DNA of 43,663 nucleotides from an uncultured Bacteroidota bacterium. Lineage in GTDB: Bacteria; Bacteroidota; Bacteroidia; Flavobacteriales; Schleiferiaceae. Positions 1-11,200 of the stretch are shown piece after piece (position 1 is the first letter of the stretch; each line of letters begins with the position of its first letter). The notes under the pieces are model-generated. The model worked only from the letters and a program-made list of their open reading frames with translations. It made no database searches and was not told where the DNA came from. The stretch covers positions 1-43,663 of the forward strand of contig CAJXMS010000001.1 in assembly GCA_913056475.1 (NCBI GenBank). The letters are read 5' to 3'. The position numbers were made by a program, and so were the translations under genes.

Positions 1-1
1 C

Positions 2-871
2 TCTTTGGGAGCGATAAAGGAAGTTGTCGTAGTATTTATAGCCCAGGATCAGGCCCAGGCTTCCCCGGGTGTAGCTCAGGTTGCTGTAGAGCGCTTTGCC
101 GGGTTTGAATATATAGCTATTGCTGCTATTGGGATCTTGTGATTTATAAGCGCCCTCCACAAACCAGTTGAGGTGCGGGGTGATCAGGTTGAAGCGCAAG
201 CCGCCGTTGGCCACATTTTCGGGCAGATTGTAGATGGGGCTTTGGGCGTTTTGAAAGCGGCTTACAAAGCTACCACCGATGATCACATTGGTACCGCCGT
301 AGTTCCCCGTTAGCTCGTTGAGGTTTACCTCCATATCGGCCCCGCGGACGATGCCGTCGCCCATGCCAAAGTACAGCCGCTGCTTGCCGATAAGGCCTTT
401 AAAAGTGATGCCCGGGGCGCCATCGTAGATCAGGCGCACGCCGTCCAGGGCATTGTCCAGCCCCAGGCCGCGTTCTTCGTAGGCCCGGAAAACCAGGCCG
501 CTGCCAAATTGCTCGTAAAAGTTTCCGGCGGTTACGTCCAGGCCGTCTTTGGTGTAGCGCGCGTACCGATAGGGGATTCCCTGGCCCTGAAACCCTTCTG
601 GTAAGCCGATGATATTGTTTTGATAATTCTCGTAGCGGATCCCCGCGCGGAAGTTGCCCCGGGTATAAGTGAGGTTGAGAAAGCCTGCCGCCCGCAGGCG
701 TTCATCGGGGTAGGCTTCTCCCAGGGGGTCGATGAGCGAATCGCGCAGGTAGATTTGGCTATTGAGCTGGAAATTACCGGAGAGTTGGCCCAGTTCCGGC
801 GTGCTATTTTGGGCCAGAACCGGCACCAGGGGGAGGCCCAGCAGGGCGAAGAGAAAAGAGCTACGCAACAT
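2..871 (-). CDS. DUF6029-like outer membrane protein (5' part; runs off the window start)
   Basis: Not in the ORF track. Manual translation from the ATG at 871 gives MLRSSFLFALLGLPLVPVLAQNSTPELGQLSGNFQLNSQIY...GIRYENY...DVTAGNFYEQFGSGLVFRAYEERGLGLDNALDGVR. It has a signal peptide, beta-strand-like alternation, and the GNFYEQFGSG...DN.LDG motif recalled from DUF6029 proteins. Confidence 0.8.
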   Translation of the reverse strand, partial: MLRSSFLFALLGLPLVPVLAQNSTPELGQLSGNFQLNSQIYLRDSLIDPLGEAYPDERLRAAGFLNLTYTRGNFRAGIRYENYQNNIIGLPEGFQGQGIPYRYARYTKDGLDVTAGNFYEQFGSGLVFRAYEERGLGLDNALDGVRLIYDGAPGITFKGLIGKQRLYFGMGDGIVRGADMEVNLNELTGNYGGTNVIIGGSFVSRFQNAQSPIYNLPENVANGGLRFNLITPHLNWFVEGAYKSQDPNSSNSYIFKPGKALYSNLSYTRGSLGLILGYKYYDNFLYRSQR

Positions 872-890
872 GGTATTAAATACAGGGCTT

Positions 891-1397
891 TTAATCCAGT
901 GACTTACCGGCAGCTACTTTTTGAATAGCTTCGTAAAGATGGGCTTCATCCCCGGGCATGTAGCCGGTGTGCTGCCATACCACTTCTCCCTGGCCGTTGA
1001 GCAGGAAAGTATGCGGGATATTGTTGACGTTAAGCCCACGTTTGAGGGCTTGATTTTCATCCAGGTATACCTGGTAATCCCAGCCTTGCGAAGCAATGAA
1101 AGGGCGTACCCGCGAGGAGTTTCGCGAGTCATCGATAGATATGGCCACCAACTTTACACCGGTTTCTTCTTGCCACTGATCGTACCAGTCATGGATGGCG
1201 TTGAGCTCGCGGATGCAAGGCTTGCACCAAGTAGCCCAAAAGCTGAGGACGATGGGCTTACCACTGTTTTGAATGGAATCGGAAGACAGCGTCTCGCCGT
1301 TGAGTTTTTTGAGGGGGACGGTGGGTACTTTTTCCTGGGCGAGGCCGAGGTTAAGCACAAGCGAAAAAGCCAGAAGTAGAAAGATCGAACGGGGCAT
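891..1397 (-). CDS. TlpA/ResA-like thiol-disulfide oxidoreductase (exported)
   Basis: SFWATWCKPC CxxC motif and the cis-Pro loop NIPHTFL. Signal peptide from the ATG at 1397 (MPRSIFLLLAFSLVLNLGLA). Confidence 0.92.
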   Translation of the reverse strand: MPRSIFLLLAFSLVLNLGLAQEKVPTVPLKKLNGETLSSDSIQNSGKPIVLSFWATWCKPCIRELNAIHDWYDQWQEETGVKLVAISIDDSRNSSRVRPFIASQGWDYQVYLDENQALKRGLNVNNIPHTFLLNGQGEVVWQHTGYMPGDEAHLYEAIQKVAAGKSLD

Positions 1398-1443
1398 AAG
1401 CGAAAATGATTTGGCGGGGAAAATCCCAGTGTTTTGCAGAGCA

Positions 1444-1451
1444 CAAAGAAA
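1444..1451 (-). promoter_or_regulatory. Possible Bacteroidota -7 promoter box variant (TTtcTTTG) for the tlpA-DUF6029 unit
   Basis: Reverse complement of caaagaaa, about 45 nt upstream of the tlpA ATG; one mismatch to TAnnTTTG. Confidence 0.35.
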
Positions 1452-1613
1452 GGAAAAAGCCATGAGAGGCGCTGCAGAGGGGTTAATGGCGCCCGATAAA
1501 CGGGGTGGGGGGCGTGAACGCGCGATTATTATGCGGCTCGGGCTGGTCTTTTCATTAAATCCTATTACCTTAGCCCATCTTAATGTTTTATTAATTCAAA
1601 GTTCATACCTGCT

Positions 1614-3644
1614 ATGAAAAAAGTTTTACTTAGTCTTTTCAGTTTGGGGCTTACCATCCCGGCGCTGGCCCAGCTTCCGGTAAGCACGAGCCCTGAGAAT
1701 AAGAATGTTGTACTGGAGGAATTCACCGGTCTTAATTGTGTTTATTGTCCGGATGGACATAAGCGCGCTAATCAGCTCTCCGCTAATAATCCCGGGGATG
1801 TGGTGCTCATTAATGTTCACGCCGGTAGCTTCGCCACACCTGGTCCAGGAGAACCGGATTACAGAACGCCGGATGGCCAGGCCATAGATAATGAAGCTAA
1901 TGTGAGTGGCTATCCAGCGGGTACTATTAACCGTCGCGTATTTTCTAATTTTAGTCAAAACCCCGGTGGCTGGGCTATGAGTCGGGCTGATTGGGCCACG
2001 GCCGCGAGTACCGTCTTAGGGGAATCCTCCTATGTAAATGTAGCCCTGGAAGGGGATATCGATTTGGCAACTCGTACATTGACTGTTGACGTGGAAGCCT
2101 ATTTTACGGCCAATACTGCCCCCTCTTCTGTGAGGATGAACATTGCTTTGCTACAGGATAGCGTTTTGGGCCCGCAAACGGGAGCCTCTCAGTTTTATCC
2201 TGCCATGCTGTTGCCGGATGGCCGGTACGTGCATATGCACATGCTGCGAGATATGATTACGCCTACCTGGGGCGACACCATCAGTACTACTACAATGGGA
2301 ACCTTATTCTCCAAGACTTACACTTACAATATACCGCAAGATATAAATGGCGTTCCTCTATCCTTAGGCGATTTAAATGTTGTAGGGTTTATTGATGAAG
2401 GGAAAGGTCCCGTTATTACCGGCGCTAAAGGCCCCATGACGTATACGGTGCCTGCTGGTGCTTCGGTTACTGATTTAAGTCTTAAAGGCACAACCTCTTT
2501 ACCTACCACTTATTGCGACAATCAAATTACGCCAGAGGTTACTGTAAATAATGTAGGCGGCGCCGCGGCCTCTAATTTTGACGTAAGCTACACCCTAAAC
2601 GGCGGTTCGCCGGTAACCCAAAATGTTAGTACGACTGTAGCCGCTGGTGACTCAACCACAGTGAGCTTCCCGGCGGTAACCCTTAGCAATGGAATAAATG
2701 ACCTTAGCTACACAGTGTCTACCGCTAATAACAATAGTCTTTATGATCTTTCCTCCGGAAATGACCTTGATGGCCAAAGCGGCATCCTTACCATGCCCAA
2801 CGGAACTTTCGGCACCTATTTTTATGAAGATATGGAGGCATATTCTTTTAGGGATGTGCAGTTAAGTAATTCCATCATCGATAATCGGACATCTTCATTT
2901 GTTACCCCTATTAGCAACAGCGCCGTTAATGGGCTCAATACTCCCCTGGGTGGTTTTGGTAATTCGGCCCAGAGTCTTTTCTTCTATTTTTATGACATCC
3001 CAGCAAATGAGAAAGGCTCATTGGTTTTTGAAAAGCTGGACCTTTCCGGAACGAGTTTAAATGAAATTGTATTCGCCCATGCTTACCGTCAATACGATGC
3101 TAACTCAGATGACGAGCTAAACGTGCTCGTTTCTGAAGACTGCGGCCAAACCTGGAATACCATCTGGAGTAAATCTGGGCCTGACTTGGCTACAGGCAGT
3201 ATTGATAATGGTAACTTTTTTGCGACTGCTGCTGATTGGCAGTGGGACACCATCCGCATACCACAATACGATGGTACCCCTGAACTAATGGTGAAATTTG
3301 AGGGGGTATCTGATTTCGGTAATAACCTCTTCATCGATGACATTCAGTTTAAGAACAACACCTACGTGGGCGAAAAAGAGTATGCCAGCATTCCCAGCGT
3401 ATCGGTGTACCCCAATCCAGCCCAAGAGCAAGCGCAAATCGAATTTCCCCTTAGCGGAAAGGCAGATGTGCGTCTGGAGCTTACCGACGTTGCCGGTAAA
3501 ACCATTCTTCAACGGCAGTTCCTCGACCAGGCCCAAGGTAGCTTCCGCCAAATGTTAGATGTAAGTGCGCTGCCGGCTGGTGTTTACAGCCTTGAAGTTG
3601 AAGCAGGAGGCGCTCAGCACCGCCAAAAGCTGATTGTTCAGTAA
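1614..3644 (+). CDS. Omp28-related outer membrane protein with N-terminal CxxC thioredoxin-like domain, CARDB/Ig-like middle region and T9SS type A C-terminal sorting domain
   Basis: Signal peptide; NVVLEEFTGLNCVYCPDGH and HMHMLRDMIT Omp28 motifs; C-terminal VSVYPNPAQE...DVSALPAGVYSL...QKLIVQ. Confidence 0.9.
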   Translation: MKKVLLSLFSLGLTIPALAQLPVSTSPENKNVVLEEFTGLNCVYCPDGHKRANQLSANNPGDVVLINVHAGSFATPGPGEPDYRTPDGQAIDNEANVSGYPAGTINRRVFSNFSQNPGGWAMSRADWATAASTVLGESSYVNVALEGDIDLATRTLTVDVEAYFTANTAPSSVRMNIALLQDSVLGPQTGASQFYPAMLLPDGRYVHMHMLRDMITPTWGDTISTTTMGTLFSKTYTYNIPQDINGVPLSLGDLNVVGFIDEGKGPVITGAKGPMTYTVPAGASVTDLSLKGTTSLPTTYCDNQITPEVTVNNVGGAAASNFDVSYTLNGGSPVTQNVSTTVAAGDSTTVSFPAVTLSNGINDLSYTVSTANNNSLYDLSSGNDLDGQSGILTMPNGTFGTYFYEDMEAYSFRDVQLSNSIIDNRTSSFVTPISNSAVNGLNTPLGGFGNSAQSLFFYFYDIPANEKGSLVFEKLDLSGTSLNEIVFAHAYRQYDANSDDELNVLVSEDCGQTWNTIWSKSGPDLATGSIDNGNFFATAADWQWDTIRIPQYDGTPELMVKFEGVSDFGNNLFIDDIQFKNNTYVGEKEYASIPSVSVYPNPAQEQAQIEFPLSGKADVRLELTDVAGKTILQRQFLDQAQGSFRQMLDVSALPAGVYSLEVEAGGAQHRQKLIVQ

Positions 3645-3686
3645 AGTCCCTTCACTAGAAGCCGGGCTTCGGTAAAACACTACAAG

Positions 3687-3722
3687 AAATCCCGGCAGGC
3701 CGTAAGCCTGCCGGGATTTTTT
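3687..3722 (+). terminator. Rho-independent terminator after the Omp28 gene
   Basis: Perfect 14-bp stem aaatcccggcaggc / gcctgccgggattt, loop cgtaa, followed by a T tract. Confidence 0.85.
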
Positions 3723-3824
3723 ATACGGAAAAACGCTCCGCCCAGGGGGCCTAACCCCCTCCGAAGCAGGAGCCCCCATCTTTCCCATTTTGAAGGAAAA
3801 GCTTCTTTTCTCGCCTTTTTTACT

Positions 3825-3832
3825 TATTTTTG
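3825..3832 (+). promoter_or_regulatory. Bacteroidota sigma-A -7 box (TAttTTTG)
   Basis: Matches TAnnTTTG, 20 nt upstream of the ATG at 3852. Confidence 0.6.
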
Positions 3833-3851
3833 ACCATTAAAGTAGCCCTCG

Positions 3852-4571
3852 ATGAAGAAAATTCTATGCAGCATCCTCCTAGCCCTTACGGGCGTAATGA
3901 GCCTTTCGGCGCAAAGCTTGCAAGTAGTTTACCTGGACAGCCTTGTGCAAGGCAACGCCTTTAATGATGGGGATATTTCCGGGATAGCCGTGGTGGAAAA
4001 TATTAGTTCGGACACGGTAGATGTACGGCTTAAACGCATCGATGCCAACTATAATGCCCTTACGGATAGCAATGCTATTTGCTGGGGCCTGTGTTTTACG
4101 CCGGATATATCCGTTTCCCCCCCATCCTTCACCCGTAGTATTGCCCCCGGAAAGCAGGACACCGCCATTCTCCATGTTTATCCGGATAAAGACGGGCGCA
4201 ACCGAAGCGGTGCCATTACTTACGTCTTCTTTTCGAGCGATAACCCCTCCGATAGCGTGGCCTACGATATTCAGTATGAAGTGCTACGAGATCTCGGCTA
4301 CAACCAATTTCAGGCAGCAGAACCGCAGCTTGAAGTATTTCCCAATCCCATGCATGGGCCCCAAGGCCACTTTCGCTATCAACTGGGAGCTTCTCAGCGA
4401 GCCTTCCTCGAAGTACGCAACCTAGTAGGCAAGACTCTCCTCCGGCAGCAGCTTACCACCCCAAAAGGTAAGATATCCTTCAGTACCCGCGGCTGGCCGC
4501 AGGGCATTTATCTTTATAGCTTAGAAATAAACGGAAAGGTGCTGGAAACCAAAAAGATGATATTGCGCTAA
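3852..4571 (+). CDS. Small T9SS type A sorting domain protein with an Ig-like domain and a CWGLC motif
   Basis: Signal peptide; AICWGLCF; C-terminal LEVFPNPM...GIYLYSLEINGKVLETKKMILR sorting domain. Confidence 0.85.
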   Translation: MKKILCSILLALTGVMSLSAQSLQVVYLDSLVQGNAFNDGDISGIAVVENISSDTVDVRLKRIDANYNALTDSNAICWGLCFTPDISVSPPSFTRSIAPGKQDTAILHVYPDKDGRNRSGAITYVFFSSDNPSDSVAYDIQYEVLRDLGYNQFQAAEPQLEVFPNPMHGPQGHFRYQLGASQRAFLEVRNLVGKTLLRQQLTTPKGKISFSTRGWPQGIYLYSLEINGKVLETKKMILR

Positions 4572-4605
4572 GCGCGCGCTTCTTCCTTTGATAGATTTTT
4601 ATGCC

Positions 4606-4636
4606 AAGCCGTTGCCCCCGAGGTAACGGCTTTTTT
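4606..4636 (+). terminator. Rho-independent terminator
   Basis: Stem aagccgttgcc / ggtaacggctt (one G-U pair) followed by a T run. Confidence 0.75.
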
Positions 4637-4716
4637 AATGCGGCGTATATGAAAACTTTACTTTTGCCGTTTTCCCTCCTGCCAAGAAGCACTCAAGCTT
4701 ATTGCCATACTAGCCT

Positions 4717-5289
4717 ATGTATCATCACATCCGAGGAACCCTCTTCGAATTGAACCCCACTTATGCGGTGGTAGAAAGCGGAGGCCTGGGGTACCAAGTG
4801 GAAATTACTCTTCCCACCTACACCATCCTTCAGGGCCAACAAGAGGTAATGCTTTATCTCTACCCCATCTTCAAGGAAGACAATCAGCAATTGTTCGGGT
4901 TTAGCGATAAAAGCGAGCGCCAAATTTTTACTCAGCTTCTTTCCGTCTCGGGAGTAGGGGGCAATACCGCCCGTTTGATCCTCAGCAGCCTCAGTGCAGC
5001 TGAAGTGCAGGAGGCCATCGGATCCGAAAATGCCGGAGCGCTCCAAGCCGTAAAAGGGGTGGGGGCCAAAACCGCCCAGCGCATCATCATAGACCTAAAA
5101 GATAAAATCGGGCTGGCAGAAGCCACTGCGCCCAGTGGCGGGGCCAGCCAGCAGGCCGAGGCCCTTTCCGCCCTGGAAACCCTCGGCTACCCCAGCCGGC
5201 AGGCCCAGCGCGTACTGCGCCTGGTAGAGAAAGAGCAGCCGGGCAGCAGCGTAGAAAACCTTATTAAAAACGCTCTCAAGAAGTTATAA
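4717..5289 (+). CDS. ruvA: Holliday junction branch migration protein RuvA
   Basis: GLGYQVEI OB-fold; HhH motifs LLSVSGVGGNTA and VKGVGAKTAQRIIIDLKDK; C-terminal EALSALETLGY. Confidence 0.96.
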   Translation: MYHHIRGTLFELNPTYAVVESGGLGYQVEITLPTYTILQGQQEVMLYLYPIFKEDNQQLFGFSDKSERQIFTQLLSVSGVGGNTARLILSSLSAAEVQEAIGSENAGALQAVKGVGAKTAQRIIIDLKDKIGLAEATAPSGGASQQAEALSALETLGYPSRQAQRVLRLVEKEQPGSSVENLIKNALKKL

Positions 5290-8200
5290 TGTTCGGTAGG
5301 CTCTCAGGGAGTTTATTCTTGCTAGGGGTTCCGCTCCTTATGGTCCTCCAGGCGGCTCGCCCGGTGCGGGCACATTTGGCCTACGGCCAAATGAGCTTCC
5401 CCCAGCAGGCGAAATCCGATACCAATGATCCCGATACAACCCTACCCTATCCTTTCCAGCAGGGGCAAACGGGGGGCGTTTATGGAAGTGGCCCCGGTAA
5501 TGTGAGCGAAGTGGTTCGCTTTAATCCCGAAACGGGCCTCTACGAGGTGGTAACTAAAATAGGCAGCCTGGAGCCTAAGCCACCTATGGTGATGACCCCC
5601 GAGGAATACCAGGACTATGTGGCGCGTAAGCAGGCCAACGACTACTGGAAATCTAAAGCCCAGCAAAATACGGGCGATCAAGGGGATAAAGATCAAGATA
5701 GTGATGGCCTTATCCCTCAAATAACCGTAGACAAGGAATTTTTCCGCCGCATTTTTGGCAGTAGTACCATCGATATCCGGCCGCAGGGCTACGCGGAGCT
5801 GCGCTTTGGCGGGCGCCTCCAAAAAATCGATAACCCCATCATCCCCGAGCGCAACCGGAGCACCTTCACCTTTGATTTTGACCAGCGCATTCAAATGAAT
5901 GTGACCGGCAATGTGGGCGATAAGATGAAGATCAACTTTAACTATGATACGGAGGCTACCTTCAACTTCGAAAACCAGGTAAAACTGGAGTACACCGGAA
6001 AGGAAGATGAGATCATTAAAAAGCTGGAGCTGGGTAATGTGAACCTGCCCGTTAATTCCTCCCTAATTACGGGGGCTCAGAGCCTTTTTGGAGTTAAAGG
6101 TCAATTTCAGTTTGGCAAGCTGACCCTTACCAGTGTGGTGTCCGAACAGCAAAGCCAAACCCAGTCGGTGAATGTACAGGGCGGCGCCACCACCACCGAG
6201 TTTGAGATTTGGGGCGATGAATACGAGGCCAATAAGCACTTCTTCTTGTCCCACTATTTCCGGGATAATTACGAAGATTTTCTGGAAAATGCGCCCCTGA
6301 TAACTTCCCCCGTGCAAATCACCAAAATAGAGGTGTGGGTAACCAATACCAACCAAAATACCCAGGATACGCGTAACCTCATTGCTTTTATGGACCTGGG
6401 CGAAAATCGCGGGCGCGCTTACCGGCAAGACAGTTTACCGGGGCCCGATATTTTCGATAATACGGCTACCAACGGAAACTTACCGGATAACCTGGTAAAC
6501 GATCTGGCGCCCCGCACGCTGGAAAATAATTACCCCGGCGTACGGCAGGTAGGGCAGGCCAACGCGGCTCTAAATGCGGCCGGTTTCGAAGAAGCTACCG
6601 ATTATATAGACCTGGCCAATGCCCGGAAACTACGCCCCTCTGAGTACGATTACAACCCGCAGCTGGGCTATGTATCCCTTAATAGCCCTTTGAACCAAGA
6701 CGAAGTGCTGGCCGTGGCTTTTCAGTACACCGCCAATGGCCGCACTTTTCAGGTAGGAGAGTTCAGTACCGACGGGGTAAGCCCGCCGCAAAATCTGGTG
6801 GTAAAAATGCTGAAAAGCACCATTCTGGATGTGAGCTTGCCCATGTGGGACCTGATGATGAAAAACATCTACAGCCTAAGCGCTTTTCAGGTGAGCGCCA
6901 ATGACTTCCGGATGCAGGTAATGTACCGCAACGACGAGACCGGCACCCCCGTGCCCTTTTTACCAGAAACCAACCTACGCGATGAACTGCTCTTGCGGGT
7001 GATGGAACTCGATAAGGTCAATAACAATAACGACCCCACGCCCGATGGTTTCTTTGACTTTATCCCCGGCGTTACCATTAGGCCGCAGAATGGCCGGATT
7101 ATTTTTCCCGTTCTGGAACCCTTTGGGGGCAATCTGCGGGATAAATTGAATACCAAGGAAATGCGCGAGCAGTACGTCTTCTCGGAGCTCTATGACTCTA
7201 CCCGCTTTGTGGCCCAAAACCAGACCAACCTCAATAAATATCTGATCAAAGGCCAGTTTAAGTCCAATTCCAGTAGTGAAATAAAGCTGAACGCCTTTAA
7301 TATCCCGCGGGGTTCGGTAAGCGTCACCGCCGGCGGTACCCAGCTCACCGAAGGCCAGGATTATACCGTAGATTATAACCTGGGCCGCGTAAAGATCCTC
7401 AATGAAGGGATTCTCAATTCCGGGATCCCCATTAAGGTGAATTATGAGAACAACGCCCTTTTCAACTTCCAAACCAAAACCTTTGCGGGCTTAAACGCCG
7501 ATTACCGGGTAAATGACAACCTAAACCTGGGCGCTTCCGTAGTCCACCTCAATGAAAAACCCCTCACTCAAAAGGTAAACCTGGGCGATGAACCCATAGC
7601 CAACACCATGATAGGGGTGAACGGAAATTACGACAAAGAAGCCCCTTTCCTTACCCGCTTTGTTGATGCCATTCCTTTCATCGATACCAAGGCGAAGTCT
7701 AATATCAACATTCAGGGCGAAGTGGCCCGGATGCTGCCCGGTTCGCCCCGGGGTATCGAAATAGGGGATGAGCCCACTACTTATTTGGATGACTTTGAAA
7801 GCAGCCAAACCACCATCGACATTCGGAACCCGATGCCCTGGCGGCTGGCCAGTGTTCCCGGCGGCCAGCCCAATCTTTTTCCCGAGGCCGACCTGAATTC
7901 CATTGCCTCCGGCTTTAACCGGGCCCGCCTCGCCTGGTACACCATAGACCCCCTCTTTCACAACAATCCCTCCCGTACCCCCGACAATATCACCGACAAC
8001 CCCCGCCTCCAGTCTACCAATGATGTGCGGCTGGTGCTGATAGAAGAAGTATTCCCCAACCTGGACCTGGACCAGTCCTCCCCCCTTAATCTGGCTACGC
8101 TGGACCTGGCTTATTATCCTTCCGAAAGAGGCCCCTACAACCTGGACGTGGCACCCACCGGAGTGAGCGCGGGCATCAATACGGAGGGCGAGCTGGAAAG

Positions 8201-11200
8201 CCCCGGGACTCGCTGGGCTGGCATCATGCGGGGTATTAACAGCACCAATTTTGAACAGCAGAACATAGAGTTTGTCCAGTTCTGGATGCTTAATCCTTTT
8301 GTGGGGAACGACGACCCGCCCGATGGAGGTGATTTCTACATCAACCTGGGCAGCATATCGGAGGACATTCTCAAGGATGCCCAGCAGGCCATCGAAAATG
8401 GTATCCCTACCGATGGCACTCAACAGGGCCTGGACTCTACCCGCTGGGGCTTTGCTACCAACGTACGCCCGCCCGTGGTGGCTTTCGGTAATGACCCCAA
8501 TGCCCGCGACCTGCAGGACGTAGGCTACGACCTTATCGATGATGAGCAAGAAGAAAACTGGGCGGGTGATCCGCAGTATAGCAATTACTTGCAGCGCATT
8601 GCCAATTCGCTGGGACAGGCCTCCCAGGCGTATCAGCAAGCCCTGGAAGACCCCTTTGCTGATAATTTCCAGTATTACCGCGGTGATGACCTCGACCAGG
8701 CTGGCGCCGATATCCTGGATCGGTACCGCTATTATAATAACCCGGAGGGCAATAGCGACCCCACCGCCGTAGGCGGAGTCACCGCTTTTGCTACCAACCT
8801 ACCGGACATTGAAGACCTTAATCAGGACCAAACCCTGAGCAAAACCGAAAGCTATTACCAGTACAAGGTCAGTCTCCGGCCGGAAGACCTCGATGAAGTG
8901 GGTAAAAACTACATCACCAATATTACCCGCACCACCAGCCCGGAGCAGCCCGACGGCAATCAATACCAGGCCGAATGGATTCAATTTAAAGTGCCGGTGT
9001 TTAACCCGGATAAAACGGTGGGCAATATCGGCGATTTTCGCTCCATTCGCTTTATAAGACTGTTTCTCAAAAACTTCTCCCAGCCAGTCGTGCTGCGTTT
9101 TGCCCGAATGGAATTCGTGCGCAGCGAGTGGCGTCGCTACCGCTTTTCCCTGGATGGAACCCGTGAGCGCCTCAGCCAGGACGATCAGGAGAACACCCTT
9201 TTTGAGGTGAATGCCGTCAATATTGAGCAAAATGGATCGCGCAATCCCATTCCTTACGTGGTTCCTCCCGGCATTGATCGGCAGGTGCTCTTCGGCACCA
9301 CTTCGGCCAACCAGCAAAACGAACAAGCGCTCTCCCTCCGCATTTTGGGCCTGGAAGATGGGGACGCCCGGGCCGTATTTCGAAACTTGGACTTTGACAT
9401 GCGGCTTTACAAACGCATGAAGCTTTTTACCCACCTGGAAAGTGCCGCCGAAACCGATAATCTTCAGGACGGCGATTTGACGGTTTTTATTCGCCTGGGC
9501 GCGGATTATAACCTCAACTATTATGAATACGAGATCCCCATGGAGGTTACCCCCTGGGGTAGTTCAGACCCGAATGACGTTTGGCCGCAGGCCAATCGCT
9601 TTGACTTTCCGCTGGATATCCTCAAAGAGGTGAAACTGGAGCGAAACCGGGTTTATAATCAAACCGGCGCGCCCATCAGCGATCCCTTTACCCGGCCCCG
9701 CCTCAATGGCAACGTTACCGTAGTGGGCCAGCCCAACCTGGGCAATGTGCGGACGGTGCTGATTGGGGTGCGCAATCCCAAAAAACGCCTGGCCGGCGAT
9801 GGGGACGATGGCCTTACCAAAAGCGCTGAGGTTTGGATCAATGAACTCCGCCTTACCGAGTTTGACCAAAAGGGCGGCTGGGCCGCCAACGCCCGGGTAG
9901 CCGCCACGCTGGCCGATTTTGCCAACGTTTCCGTTAGTGGCCGGGCCAGTACCGTGGGTTTCGGTAGTCTGGACCAAAACGTGTCCGAGTTCCAACAGGA
10001 AGAGGTGCGCGCTTACAACCTGCAGTCCAGCTTCCAGTTGGGTAAATTTTTCTCCCAGGAATCCGGCCTGCGTATCCCCATGTTTTTTGGCCGCAGTGAG
10101 GAGTGGATCACGCCTCGTTTTAACCCGCTGGATCCGGATATCGAATTTGACCGGGCCCTCAATAATATTGAGAACCCCAATGACCAGGACTCTCTCCAGG
10201 AGGCGGCGCAAAATTACACCCGTAGGCGGTCTCTCAATTTTACCAACGTCCGTAAGACCCGCAGTGGTAAGGGCCAAAATAACCCCATGCCCTGGGACGT
10301 GGAAAATATTTCCCTTACCTACAGCTTCAATGAGGTATTTCGCCGGAATATCAATACCGTCTTTGATCGCTCGGTACAGCACAGCGGTAATATCAACTAC
10401 ACCTATCGCACCAAGCCCCTTTCGGTAGAACCCTTTAAGAACATCAAGTGGCTGCAGGCGCAGGAACTGGCCTTTATCCGCGATTTTAATTTTTACTTCT
10501 ATCCTAAGAGTTTTTCCGCTATCCTCAAAGCCAATCGCAGCTATACCAGCATGCAAATGCGCAACACCGACGCCCTGCTCAGCGATATCCCCAGTAATCT
10601 TATCGGTGAGCTGGAGCCCACCTACAATAAAAACTTCACCCTTAACCGGGATTATAATATGCTCTTTGACCTCTCCAAGAGCCTCCGCTTTGATTATAAT
10701 GCCCGCATGCAGTCCCGGGTAGACGAGCTGGCCGGGCCGCCCAATAGCGATTCCAACCGCACCGAGGTGATGGACAACCTCCGCAATCTGGGCCGTCCCA
10801 TCAATTATCATCAAACCATGAACCTCACCTGGGAAGTGCCCCTGAGCAAATTCCCCCTGCTGGACTTTGCTACCGCAAGTGCTACCTACACGGCTGATTA
10901 TGACTGGCGCGCGCCGTCCCAAACCACCCGGCAAAGACAAGGCAATACAGGCGGGGGAAATCCGGGTAACCCCGGCGGAAACAATAATCAGTTTAACGTA
11001 AACTTCGGCAACACCATTCAAAACAACCGCCAAATTCGTATTAATAGCAACTTTAATTTCCGGTCCCTCTACAATAAGGTGCCTTACCTCAAAGAAGTCT
11101 TGAGCCAAGATCAGAATAAGGGCGGCGGCGGGCAGCGCAGGCGTAACAACTTCCTGGACCGGCCCGGAGCCAACTTAAGTGCCCAAAACCGCAAGCCTCA

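Noticed and set aside
620..928. 102-aa plus-strand ORF
   Set aside because: Opposite the real DUF6029-like gene on the minus strand.
7521..8639. 372-aa minus-strand ORF
   Set aside because: Antisense shadow inside sprA.
9564..11108. 514-aa minus-strand ORF
   Set aside because: Antisense shadow of sprA with no recognisable motifs; explained by codon bias of the real gene.
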